A DNA stretch of 63,275 nucleotides, the filler included, from Armatimonadota bacterium (GTDB lineage Bacteria; Armatimonadota; Fimbriimonadia; Fimbriimonadales; Fimbriimonadaceae), in the NCBI GenBank assembly GCA_031400935.1. It is 9 parts of 9 records of this genome, joined end to end, with 100 filler letters (N's around TTAATTAATTAA, not from the genome) between each part and the next. Parts side by side here need not be neighbours in the genome. Positions count along the whole stretch, not along the records: positions 10,661 to 42,373 come from JANNQV010000036.1; 8 more parts are not named here. One strand, 5' to 3'. Shown here one piece after another: positions 28,966 to 37,782 of the stretch (within the stretch, counting starts at the first letter, position 1; the number at the start of each line of letters is the position of its first letter). Under the pieces are notes generated by a model. The model had not been told where the DNA came from, ran no database searches, and saw only the letters and a program-made list of their open reading frames with translations. A program made the position numbers and the translations under genes.

Positions 28966-29769
28966 ATGAAACTTTGCCGATTCGATCTTATTTCTTCGCC
29001 CGGCACCGTTCGATCTGGCGTTGTATATTCGGGAAAGATATATGAGACCGACGGAAGCAATCCGGTTGCTGTTCACGAAGCGAGCGACTCGCGATTGCTT
29101 TCGCCTGTTGGATTGGCTCCTAGCTTTCGACTTTTCGAGCCTTGGGTGGCAGGATCTGACTGGTCAACGATGTCCGAAGGGCAGGCGGCAATCGCTGACT
29201 TATCTTTTGCATATCTCAATTCAGCAACCATAGTCGGAACGCATACTGAACTTGCTCCCTTTCACACAAGCGACGAAATTAGTTTTAAACCATGTCTTAC
29301 GGCAATTGTTTCAGCATTCGGGACCAACGTAATGCCGGAAGACGCTGAATTGCATATTCTGGGAGTAACGCTTGCGAATGTGTTCTTTGCTAGGGACCAG
29401 AATCGAATCGAGCGAATGCGCGGTTATCCGCCAAGCCGATCTCATGATGTTGGCATTGCACTTGGTCCAGCAATTACAACTCCTGATGAACTAGAAGAAA
29501 CAACAATTCAAGATTTGGGCGGACGAAGATACAAATTGATCGTTACCGCAACTGTCAATGAAGAAGAGGTTTTCCGATTTGACACCGATGACTTGCCAAT
29601 CACTCTTACAGATGCAATCTGCTTTGCTAGCACGACCGCAGGAGTTCGCTCCGGAGATGTGATTGCCATAACTCTAGGCGAACCAAATTTAAGAAGTCCG
29701 TTGAAGTCCGGCGACGAAATCCGCGTTACTTGCGATTGGCTGGGTACTCTGGCAAGTCGCGTAGGTTAA
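28966..29769 (+). CDS. Fumarylacetoacetate-hydrolase-fold protein with degenerate metal site
   Basis: HILGVTLAN..ARD, LGPAITTPDEL, GDVI retained; E-x-E, D and K ligands replaced. Confidence 0.8.
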   Translation: MKLCRFDLISSPGTVRSGVVYSGKIYETDGSNPVAVHEASDSRLLSPVGLAPSFRLFEPWVAGSDWSTMSEGQAAIADLSFAYLNSATIVGTHTELAPFHTSDEISFKPCLTAIVSAFGTNVMPEDAELHILGVTLANVFFARDQNRIERMRGYPPSRSHDVGIALGPAITTPDELEETTIQDLGGRRYKLIVTATVNEEEVFRFDTDDLPITLTDAICFASTTAGVRSGDVIAITLGEPNLRSPLKSGDEIRVTCDWLGTLASRVG

Positions 29770-29771
29770 AT

Positions 29772-31004
29772 ATGAGTGAGCCATTCAAGACACAGCTTCC
29801 CAACGGAGTTCGAATTCTCGTTGAGCCAATTGGGCATGTCCAGTCGGCGGCAGTTGGGCTTTGGTGCAAGACCGGAAGCCGTCATGAATTCGAAAACGAA
29901 GCTGGAATTACTCATTTGATCGAGCACATGCTGTTCAAAGGCACTCAAAAACGAACCGCAAAGCAAATTGCAGAAACTATCGAAGGCCGCGGCGGAATGC
30001 TCAACGCATTCACGGATAAAGAGTCCACCTGCTATTACTGCCGAGTATTGGCTGATGAAGTTGAAACTGGGATCGAAGTGCTCTCTGACATGATGCGAAA
30101 CTCGCTCATTGAACCTGAAGAATTGAAGAGGGAACAAGGCGTCGTCCTAGAGGAAATCAAACGAGGCGAAGACGAACCTGGCGACCATGTTCATGAGCTT
30201 CACCTGCAAAACCGGTGGGGAAATCACGTTTTGGGAAAGCCGATAATTGGAACTCGAGAATCGGTTAGCTCATTTGATTCAAGCAATTTGCGAACCTATA
30301 TGGATCGAAGATATGTCAGCGATAATGTATTGCTTTCTATTGCAGGAAATGTTGATCCTGACCAAGTTGTAGCTTGGGCCACCGAACATTTGGGAGAAAT
30401 TCCTGCCGGCGGCGGTGATTCTCAACCGGATCGTCCTTCAGGATCGAAAGGGAACAACTATGTCAAGAAGGAAGTTGAGCAAGTCCATTTTTGCATCGGT
30501 GGCGAGGGTACTTCGATCTACGACGAAGAGATTTACACGTTGGCAGTATTAGATAGCTCGCTTGGCGGGTCAATGAGCAGCCGACTTTTCCAAGAAATTC
30601 GCGAAAAACGGGGGTTGGTTTATTCGATCGGCTCTTACTCGCTATCGTATGGCAGTGGCGGCGCATTCACGGTCTACGGAGGAACTGGAAATGAAACCTG
30701 GGCACAGGTGCAAGACCTTGTGCGAATCGAGTTTGACAAAGTAATGAAAAACGGCTTGACTGATGATGAACTAGATCGAACAAAGCGAAGTATTTGCGGC
30801 TCCCTTGTCTTAGGTCTCGAAGGAATGAGTTCAAGAATGATGCGAAACTCTCGAAATGAACTGAATCATGAACGCCATATCCCGGTCAAAGAAACAATGG
30901 GCAAAATCAATGCGATTACTAATTCTCAATTGGTTGATTTGGCACAACGAGTACTTTCAGTGGATTCCGTGAGCACGACGGCAATTGGGCCAACTGCCAA
31001 TTAG
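29772..31004 (+). CDS. M16 (pitrilysin-family) zinc peptidase
   Basis: HLIEH inverted zincin motif, NAFTDKE, SSRLFQEIREKRGLVY. Confidence 0.95.
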   Translation: MSEPFKTQLPNGVRILVEPIGHVQSAAVGLWCKTGSRHEFENEAGITHLIEHMLFKGTQKRTAKQIAETIEGRGGMLNAFTDKESTCYYCRVLADEVETGIEVLSDMMRNSLIEPEELKREQGVVLEEIKRGEDEPGDHVHELHLQNRWGNHVLGKPIIGTRESVSSFDSSNLRTYMDRRYVSDNVLLSIAGNVDPDQVVAWATEHLGEIPAGGGDSQPDRPSGSKGNNYVKKEVEQVHFCIGGEGTSIYDEEIYTLAVLDSSLGGSMSSRLFQEIREKRGLVYSIGSYSLSYGSGGAFTVYGGTGNETWAQVQDLVRIEFDKVMKNGLTDDELDRTKRSICGSLVLGLEGMSSRMMRNSRNELNHERHIPVKETMGKINAITNSQLVDLAQRVLSVDSVSTTAIGPTAN

Positions 31005-31052
31005 CCCCCTCCTTTTTCGAGGAACGAGAAAGAGGAGGGGGTTGGGGGTGGA
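31005..31052. repeat. Intergenic hairpin, GAGGAACGA-loop family A (clean copy)
   Basis: 14-bp stem 31005-31018/31028-31041 closing loop GAGGAACGA 31019-31027. Confidence 0.85.
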
Positions 31053-31148
31053 GTAAAATCGCATGCAAATTGAGTAGTAGCCCGCGCACTCCCAAAATTT
31101 CCTGCTATAACTAATATTCAGGAATTTTGTACTTAATAGGAAGCATCC

Positions 31149-31514
31149 ATGAGAATTGTATTTGTAGACGTCGCTTTAGGTCAAATCGTACTTGATGAAT
31201 CAAATTGGGAGGGTGAACACCCTACTGTCGGTGAAGTGCTCGAACTCCACAACGGCCCTACCACGAAATGGACGGTTCAAGAGGTGGACTGGGTTTTTGA
31301 AGACGCTGCACCTGGTTCAAACGATGTGCCAATGAAGCTCCTTAAAGTTCTAGTCATGGATTATGACGCTGCACGGTCCCTCGGCGGCAAACCGCTCGAC
31401 CCAATGTGTAAGTGTGGGCACAAACGATCTATGCATGCACCAGGAAGGTGTTTGGGTGAGGCTTCAAACTGCTCGTGCAGCGGATTTGCTGACAAGAATG
31501 CTGTAGAGCTGTAG
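31149..31514 (+). CDS. Hypothetical protein with C-terminal Cys/His zinc motif
   Basis: CKCGHKRSMH...C...CSCSGF. Confidence 0.75.
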   Translation: MRIVFVDVALGQIVLDESNWEGEHPTVGEVLELHNGPTTKWTVQEVDWVFEDAAPGSNDVPMKLLKVLVMDYDAARSLGGKPLDPMCKCGHKRSMHAPGRCLGEASNCSCSGFADKNAVEL

Positions 31515-31517
31515 GGA

Positions 31518-31658
31518 GTTGGCAAGTAGTTAGCACGTTGTCGGCAAGTTGTTGGCAGGTGATCGCCAAGTCGTTGCCAAGTGGGTGGCAACTAACAACC
31601 AACAACTGACAACCAATAACCAACAACCAACAACTAACAACTAACAACCGACAATTGA
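31518..31658. repeat. Composite tandem array: 7 x 11-mer GTTGGCAAGTN then 10 x 7-mer CAACYRA
   Basis: Units read directly: 31518-31594 and 31589-31658. Confidence 0.9.
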
Positions 31659-31665
31659 CATTGCT

Positions 31666-31707
31666 AAAAAGCCCCCGATTCCCAAATTGGAATCGGGGGC
31701 TTCTTTT
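31666..31707. terminator. Bidirectional intrinsic terminator
   Basis: AAAAAGCCCCCGATTCC-CAAATT-GGAATCGGGGGCTTCTTTT between convergent genes. Confidence 0.88.
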
Positions 31708-31720
31708 GCACTTGCTTTTA

Positions 31721-32575
31721 CTATGAAGTTGGGTCGGAAACGATGCCAATCAGACCATTAAGGTCATAAGGCAAATTGTAAGGCGGAGTAAGTACGGTCG
31801 GATTTGCATAACTCTGAGGAGAATTAGGCACTGGCAACTTTGCATTGCGACGATATGTTTTTGCATGGCCGTCGGCAAAGTTGATAACGATTGTAACTTG
31901 GTGCCGGGCCGTTCCTGGGAAATTGAATCCGCTGAAAACGGTTGCGGGCTGATAGTAGGGATTGGTCAAATAGTTAATTGGGTCAACTTCTCTAACCTCT
32001 TCATTGATCGTGCCAACAGCTTGATGCTTTGAATCATAGAAGACCGGCGTGTAAACTACATCAGAAAGGGAGTTTTCGTTGATCACTCCATCTCCAGCAA
32101 CTGTGTGACCCGGGCAAGTACCGGGTTGGCCTGTCGGCGGTACCGCAGGATCTTCGAACAATGCAAAGTTCGGAGCATAGCTTGCAACCGTGATTGGACC
32201 TTCGACTTGGAGGCCGAGTGGAGTAAGCACCTTGTCCTTCCACAAAATTGAGTCGGGCTTGCTTGGGCAAGTGTAAATCTGTACGTTCTTCGTGTACGAC
32301 TGGATTGCGTCAAAAACCGAATAGATCCTCGAACCCGTTCCAGGAACAACGCAACCAGCAGCAAATGTTGTTGAATATGCGCTTTGCGCAAAGGAGCCGT
32401 CGTTATCGCCGTTGTACATGATTACTGCCAAGATGTTTTGCTTGGCATTGCTGAGACAACTGGTCTTTTTCGCAGCTTCTTTTGCTTGCGCAAAAACAGG
32501 GAATAAAATTGCAGCCAAAATCGCAATGATTGCGATGACCACAAGTAGCTCGATGAGCGTGAAAGCTTTTTTCAT
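31721..32575 (-). CDS. Prepilin-type N-methylation / DUF1559 / H-X9-DG protein
   Basis: [51 protein letters not shown]. Confidence 0.93.
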   Translation of the reverse strand: MKKAFTLIELLVVIAIIAILAAILFPVFAQAKEAAKKTSCLSNAKQNILAVIMYNGDNDGSFAQSAYSTTFAAGCVVPGTGSRIYSVFDAIQSYTKNVQIYTCPSKPDSILWKDKVLTPLGLQVEGPITVASYAPNFALFEDPAVPPTGQPGTCPGHTVAGDGVINENSLSDVVYTPVFYDSKHQAVGTINEEVREVDPINYLTNPYYQPATVFSGFNFPGTARHQVTIVINFADGHAKTYRRNAKLPVPNSPQSYANPTVLTPPYNLPYDLNGLIGIVSDPTS

Positions 32576-32768
32576 TTTAACCTCAGACACTTCAGACAGG
32601 GACTCGGCGAATCGTTCTCAAATAAAATTGAAACCACCTCTACGCCGAAAAACGTGACATTGCTGTCGCTTCCAGCCATAATAGCGCATATTCACTGTGA
32701 AAATACAGTAATTCGATGACAGGTTTTGAAAAATTGTTGAAAAGTCAGATACGCTTGAGTCCGAGGAA

Positions 32769-33533
32769 ATGATGACAAAGCAATCAACTTCCAAACCTGT
32801 TCAAGTTAGAAGGCAACGGGTCGAGATATTGGGAATTTTGGTTGATGTTGTTACCTTTGAAGCTACTTTGAAAATAATTTCAGCTTTTTTGATTGAAAAC
32901 AAACCTCATGTGATCGTGACCGCGGACGCAGCAGGACTCATGATCGCTCAAACAAACCAGAAATACCGATCAATTTTGTTATCCGCCGACCTTGTCACTC
33001 CCGACAGTGTGGGAGTGCTTTGGGCAGGGAAGAGAGCAGGCGCAACATTTACCGAAAGAGTCAGCGGGGTTGAACTTGTTGACGCAATCTGCAAACTCAG
33101 CGCAAACAACGGCCATCGAATCTATTTCTTGGGATCCTCACCCGGAGTGGCAGAGCTGGCTGCCGAAAAGTTGAGGCTAAAACATCCTGGATGCAACATC
33201 GTTGGGACAAGGCATGGCTTTTTTCCTGCGTCGGATGACGAAGTTGTCGCTCAAGAAATTGCCGAAGCAAAGCCAGATATCCTATTTGTCGCCATGGGAA
33301 TTCCAAGGCAAGAAATCTTTATTTCCAAAACGAAGGATATTATCGGCGCAAAGGTGAACATGGGTGTCGGCGGTTCGCTTGATGTATTCAGTGGAACAGT
33401 TAAGCGTGCGCCGAAGCTGTTTCAAAAGTTGAGCATGGAGTGGCTATGGAGGACATTGGCGAATCCAAAGAAAATTTCAAAAGCCAAATACTTGCCTGCG
33501 TTTTTCTGGCGAGTACTACGAAGTAAGCGATGA
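32769..33533 (+). CDS. WecB/TagA/CpsF glycosyltransferase
   Basis: TPDSVG, ERVSGVEL, VAMGIPRQE, GVGGSLD, RAP...MEWLWR. Confidence 0.93.
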   Translation: MMTKQSTSKPVQVRRQRVEILGILVDVVTFEATLKIISAFLIENKPHVIVTADAAGLMIAQTNQKYRSILLSADLVTPDSVGVLWAGKRAGATFTERVSGVELVDAICKLSANNGHRIYFLGSSPGVAELAAEKLRLKHPGCNIVGTRHGFFPASDDEVVAQEIAEAKPDILFVAMGIPRQEIFISKTKDIIGAKVNMGVGGSLDVFSGTVKRAPKLFQKLSMEWLWRTLANPKKISKAKYLPAFFWRVLRSKR

Positions 33534-34072
33534 AACTCTACACAAAAACTGGCGATAAGGGGACCACAGGCTTGAGCGGTGGAAGCAGGGTCTCGAAAGC
33601 CAATGCTCGCATTGTGGCGTTAGGGGATATTGACGAGTTAAACGCAATGCTAGGGCTGTGCCGCACATTGTCGGTTGATTCAATTTTTGAATATCGCTTA
33701 GCCTCTGTTCAATCACTTCTCTTTGCAATTGGTGCAGAAATTTCATTTCCCTCCAATTCAAAGAAACGTCTTGAAATTCTTACAAAAGAAGACATCTCAA
33801 CTTTAGAGGAGTCAATTGATCAACAGGATGACGAATTGGAGCCACTGACAAGTTTTATTCTTCCTGGCGGAAGTTCGTTAGCAGCACATTTTCATTTGGC
33901 CCGAGCGATTTCACGCCGGGCGGAGCGATCCGTGGTAACGTTGTGTGAAGTCGAATCCGTAAGAGAAGTTGTAATACAATACTTGAACCGGCTTTCCGAT
34001 TGGCTTTTCATTGCGGCACGAACCGCCAACCGTCATTCAAACGTCGAAGATATTAAGTGGAAGAGGGAATAA
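33530..34072 (+). CDS. pduO: PduO-type cob(I)alamin adenosyltransferase
   Basis: KLYTKTGDKGTT, GDIDELN, FILPGG, RRAER, YLNRLSDWLF. Confidence 0.95.
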   Translation: MKLYTKTGDKGTTGLSGGSRVSKANARIVALGDIDELNAMLGLCRTLSVDSIFEYRLASVQSLLFAIGAEISFPSNSKKRLEILTKEDISTLEESIDQQDDELEPLTSFILPGGSSLAAHFHLARAISRRAERSVVTLCEVESVREVVIQYLNRLSDWLFIAARTANRHSNVEDIKWKRE

Positions 34073-34076
34073 AAAT

Positions 34077-34796
34077 TTGATAGCAACCGTTTTAGCACTT
34101 GTCGTTACATTTGCGGGTCCTGTTCAAGAACCAACTCCGAGCGCAAAGATTGGCTTTATGTTGGCGAAATACAATTCGGCAAGAACTCTTACCGGAACAA
34201 TTGTAAAAACAGAAGGAAATTCTCAAGAATCTGGCCAGCTAATCACCGATCTTCAATATGAAAGACCTGCCAAATTGTATATTCGCCAGACTCGACAAAC
34301 GATTTCTGGCGGAGCGTGGACGGTAACGAGTGACGGAAAGTACTTTTCGTATGACAAGCCCGACACCGAATCGCATGGAAGAGGCAGACTGCTTGAAGAA
34401 GTCGATGGTAAGTATGGGCGACTCAAAATAGCGGAAATATACGCTGCTTCGAGCAAGAGTCTTGCGGATCGTTCTGCGCCGCTGGATATGGCGATTTCTC
34501 GCCCCGAAGACCTCCAGTTCTTGCGAAATCAATGGGCAACAGTCAATAGCGGCGGAACTAAAGAAGTAGGCGGCGAAAAGTTCTACGTTGTCAGTGGCAA
34601 ATGGCGAACATACGGCGAAGACCAAGTTTCTGGAAATTATGAGATGTGGATTTCAGCGACAAACGATCTAAGGATGTACGTCGTGAGGGAGCTGATCATC
34701 GTTGGTGGCGCCGAGACGCTATTGATCCATAAATGGGATGTCAATCTGAAAGTGGATGACCAAGTGAACCCAAAGCTGTTCAAAGTCATCCTCTGA
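34077..34796 (+). CDS. Exported protein, LolA/DUF2092-like fold (tentative)
   Basis: Signal peptide after TTG; YERPAKL, VTSDGK motifs. Confidence 0.6.
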   Translation: MIATVLALVVTFAGPVQEPTPSAKIGFMLAKYNSARTLTGTIVKTEGNSQESGQLITDLQYERPAKLYIRQTRQTISGGAWTVTSDGKYFSYDKPDTESHGRGRLLEEVDGKYGRLKIAEIYAASSKSLADRSAPLDMAISRPEDLQFLRNQWATVNSGGTKEVGGEKFYVVSGKWRTYGEDQVSGNYEMWISATNDLRMYVVRELIIVGGAETLLIHKWDVNLKVDDQVNPKLFKVIL

Positions 34797-34861
34797 ACAT
34801 TCTCCAGTTTGAATCGTCCGACGGTTTGGAGACGTCTTTTTGAGGTAACTTTAGGATCATA

Positions 34862-35101
34862 GTGAAGACCGTGACTACATTTTCTCAGCTTGAAAAGGGC
34901 ATGAAAGCTCGAATTACCGAGACGTCAAGCTCGACTCCGGAAGGCATTCGATTGCAAGAGATGGGTTTAACGAAAGATACCGTCTTTGTTGTCACGAAGA
35001 TCGCACCACTTGGAGACCCAATCGAAATAGAGCTCCGTGGCTATCGCCTCTGTTTACGACGATCGGAAACTGAAGGGTTTGCGCTGGAAATATCGGAGTA
35101 G
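34862..35101 (+). CDS. feoA: Ferrous iron transport protein A
   Basis: RLQEMGL, APLGDPIEI..RGY.L.LR. Confidence 0.93.
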   Translation: MKTVTTFSQLEKGMKARITETSSSTPEGIRLQEMGLTKDTVFVVTKIAPLGDPIEIELRGYRLCLRRSETEGFALEISE

Positions 35102-35104
35102 TTT

Positions 35105-37270
35105 GTGCTCTCCGCAGCGATTTCTTCCGAACCCGACAAGAAGACTTATCTTGTAGCGGTCGTTGGAAATCCAAATGCAGGCAAAACAAGCCTATTTAAT
35201 GCTCTTACTGGGAGCCGTCAAAAGGTTGGCAATTATCCTGGCGTCACCGTAGAACGAGTTTCTTCCGTTCGTGAACTAGGAGATTTCAGCCTCGAATTCG
35301 TGGATGTTCCAGGCCTGTATTCACTCGAACCTGTTTCCGCAGATGAACAAGTTGCGGTGGAAGCGCTATCAGGCGAAAGTGGAGCTCGGCCCGATCTTGT
35401 CATTTGCGTAATTGATTCAAGCAATCTTGAACGTAACCTCTATCTATTCACTCAAATTACGGAGCTTCAATTGCCGACAGTCGTGGTCCTTACCATGACG
35501 GATGTTCTGGAATCGAAGGGAAAGAAGGTAGACATCCCCAAACTCTCGACGATGCTCGGAGTCAATGTCGTAAGCGTTATTGCGCACAGGAAAACTGGGG
35601 TTAAGGAACTTGAATCTGAGATTCTAGGAATCATCGGACAAGCAAACAAATCACGGAAATTCCCATGGAGGTCGCAGAGTAGCGATCAAACCTTTTTGGA
35701 GCTCAGGCATCGAATCGCCCGCTCCGGAATTGACATGAACGATGCGGAATTCGATCAGCTTTTCTTAACTACTGAAGTCGAAATTAACAAAGATTGGGAA
35801 GAGCATCCCGATGTCCTAGCACTAATACTGGAAGCGAGATCTTTGCCGTCGGATGTTTCAACCAACGACGACACTGTTTCAGAACGATATAAATGGACTT
35901 CATCAGTTCAAGCGGAAGTCATTGTCACGCAGAGTCGAAAAGCTCGTTTCACCGTGACCGACAAAATTGATTTTGTACTCACCCACAGATTTTGGGGGCT
36001 TGCTGTCTTCATCGGGGTGATGTACGTAGTCTTTCAGTCCATCTACTCGTTTGCAGAGCCGATAATGGGTTGGATTGAAGGCGGGTTCTCGAAGATAGGA
36101 GAATTCGTATCTCCTTGGTTTTCGGGCTCGCCGGCAGTTCAATCTCTGATCGTAGATGGTGTCATTGGCGGAGTTGGTGGCGCACTTGCGTTTCTTCCGC
36201 AAATCATGATCCTCTTTCTGTTCATAGCTTTGCTAGAAGGAAGCGGATATTTGGCTCGTGCCGCGTTTCTAATGGACAAACTTCTTGGCTGGGCAGGACT
36301 CAATGGCAGAGCATTTATCCCTCTCCTTTCGAGCTTTGCGTGCGCGATTCCCGGAATCATGGCTGCCAGAGTAATGCCCGATCCAAAAAGTCGGTTAGCC
36401 ACGATCCTTGTGGCACCACTCATGAGCTGCAGCGCACGGTTGCCTGTTTACCTACTATTGATTGGTGCAGTGATTGAACCTAAATATGGTGCCGTATGGG
36501 CGGGCGTAACTTTGTTTGCAATGCACTTTTTGGGACTAGTTGTGGCGATTCCGGTAGTAATGGTATTGAACAAGCGAGTCATCAAAGGAAAACGATTGCC
36601 ATTTCATCTAGAACTCCCACCCTATCAATGGCCGAAATGGAGAGATGTTTGGCTGTCCATGTACATTCGAGCAAAGACGTTTCTTCAAACGGCTGGGACG
36701 ATTATCGTCTTGATGTCTATCGTAATTTGGGGTTTGCTCTATTTTCCTAGGAGCCTTGAATCCGATCAAAAGTTTGCTTCCGAGTTCCGCATTACAAAGC
36801 CTCAAGCAACATTCAATGAAGTGGATCAATATGTAAGTGCCAAGAGGATGGAAAGTTCGTATTTAGGACAATTTGGAAGAACAATTGAACCTGTAATGCG
36901 ACCTGCAGGCTTTGATTGGAGGCTCTCCACAGCGATTCTATCGGCATTTCCTGCTCGTGAAGTCGTCGTAGCTTCGATGGGAGTGCTATTTCAGCAGGGA
37001 AGTGAGGTGCCGCAAGAATCCCCTAGTCTTCGTAATTCGTTGAAAGACGCAACTTGGCCAGATGGAAAGCCATTAATCACCATTTGGTCGGCAATTTCCT
37101 TAATGGTGTTCTTTGCTCTTTGTTGCCAGTGCATGGCGACCTTGGCAACTGTAAAGCGTGAGACTGGAACTTGGAAATGGCCGGTATTCATGTTTTGCTA
37201 TATGACTGGGCTTGCATACATCTTTTCAGTAGGCGTCTTTCAACTCGGTCTTTGGTTTGGATCCAGATAG
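35105..37270 (+). CDS. feoB: Ferrous iron transporter B
   Basis: GNPNAGKT, GNYPGVTVE, DVPG, MSCSARLPVY, gate domains. Confidence 0.97.
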   Translation: MLSAAISSEPDKKTYLVAVVGNPNAGKTSLFNALTGSRQKVGNYPGVTVERVSSVRELGDFSLEFVDVPGLYSLEPVSADEQVAVEALSGESGARPDLVICVIDSSNLERNLYLFTQITELQLPTVVVLTMTDVLESKGKKVDIPKLSTMLGVNVVSVIAHRKTGVKELESEILGIIGQANKSRKFPWRSQSSDQTFLELRHRIARSGIDMNDAEFDQLFLTTEVEINKDWEEHPDVLALILEARSLPSDVSTNDDTVSERYKWTSSVQAEVIVTQSRKARFTVTDKIDFVLTHRFWGLAVFIGVMYVVFQSIYSFAEPIMGWIEGGFSKIGEFVSPWFSGSPAVQSLIVDGVIGGVGGALAFLPQIMILFLFIALLEGSGYLARAAFLMDKLLGWAGLNGRAFIPLLSSFACAIPGIMAARVMPDPKSRLATILVAPLMSCSARLPVYLLLIGAVIEPKYGAVWAGVTLFAMHFLGLVVAIPVVMVLNKRVIKGKRLPFHLELPPYQWPKWRDVWLSMYIRAKTFLQTAGTIIVLMSIVIWGLLYFPRSLESDQKFASEFRITKPQATFNEVDQYVSAKRMESSYLGQFGRTIEPVMRPAGFDWRLSTAILSAFPAREVVVASMGVLFQQGSEVPQESPSLRNSLKDATWPDGKPLITIWSAISLMVFFALCCQCMATLATVKRETGTWKWPVFMFCYMTGLAYIFSVGVFQLGLWFGSR

Positions 37271-37370
37271 TTTCATCATTTCTTATTCACGATGTCTTAA
37301 CTTTAGTACTAAAGACTGTTAAGGAAACTCCGAGGATAAATTAAGCGTCGAAGAAAGAGGCAAAAGAGAA

Positions 37371-37598
37371 ATGAGCGAATTTGAATCCGAAGAGTGTGAA
37401 AGTCAGTTTCCGTGGGGAGTTGTATTAACTACCGCTGCAATTGGAGCATTAGCTTTCGTCTTGTATCGCAAAATTCAGGATGTTGGCGGTCTTAGCGCAA
37501 AATCAGTCGAGTCAGCCCTCGAACTTTGCAGCAAAGCGGCAGAAACTCTAGAGCATCGCCTTATCGGCGAATCAGGCGAGCTTTCGATGGCTGGTTGA
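37371..37598 (+). CDS. Small single-TM protein
   Basis: 75 aa, one TM helix, purine-rich RBS. Confidence 0.6.
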   Translation: MSEFESEECESQFPWGVVLTTAAIGALAFVLYRKIQDVGGLSAKSVESALELCSKAAETLEHRLIGESGELSMAG

Positions 37599-37606
37599 GA
37601 AACCCG

Positions 37607-37760
37607 TTGTTGGTTATTAGTTGTTGGAATTCACTTCCGATAATCATTATTATGACTAATAGTGATTGCGAATTCTAAGAATTAGCCTTCCCTTGCCATT
37701 GAGGCGTTTGCCTACTAACGTCTGGGCAACTTGTCAACCACTTGCCAACAACCTGCTAGC
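37607..37760 (-). repeat. Short 7-mer (37607-37627) and 11-mer (37728-37760) arrays, reverse complements of the 31.5-kb units
   Basis: TTGTTGG TTATTAG TTGTTGG; AACTTGTCAAC CACTTGCCAAC AACCTGCTAGC. Confidence 0.7.
37633..37660. other. dif-like XerC/XerD recombination site
   Basis: ACTTCCGATAA-TCATTA-TTATGACTAAT, 11-6-11 layout with TAA/TTATG inner arms as in B. subtilis and E. coli dif; intergenic. Confidence 0.55.
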
Positions 37761-37782
37761 CAATGAACATCCATAATGATTC

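Noticed and set aside
31518..31658. Possible CRISPR or guide-RNA array
   Set aside because: Units are 7 and 11 nt, head to tail with no unique spacers, and no cas or other effector gene is nearby.
32590..33530. Riboswitch (cobalamin near pduO, or c-di-GMP before the prepilin gene)
   Set aside because: No B12 box or GEMM consensus was found by eye; an Rfam/Infernal scan would settle it. No tRNA or rRNA was recognised anywhere in the window.
37639..37667. Fur-box-like GATAATCATTAT near feoB
   Set aside because: It is downstream of feoAB, matches only part of the 19-bp box, and the full 11-6-11 dif pattern explains it better. Kept only as an alternative.
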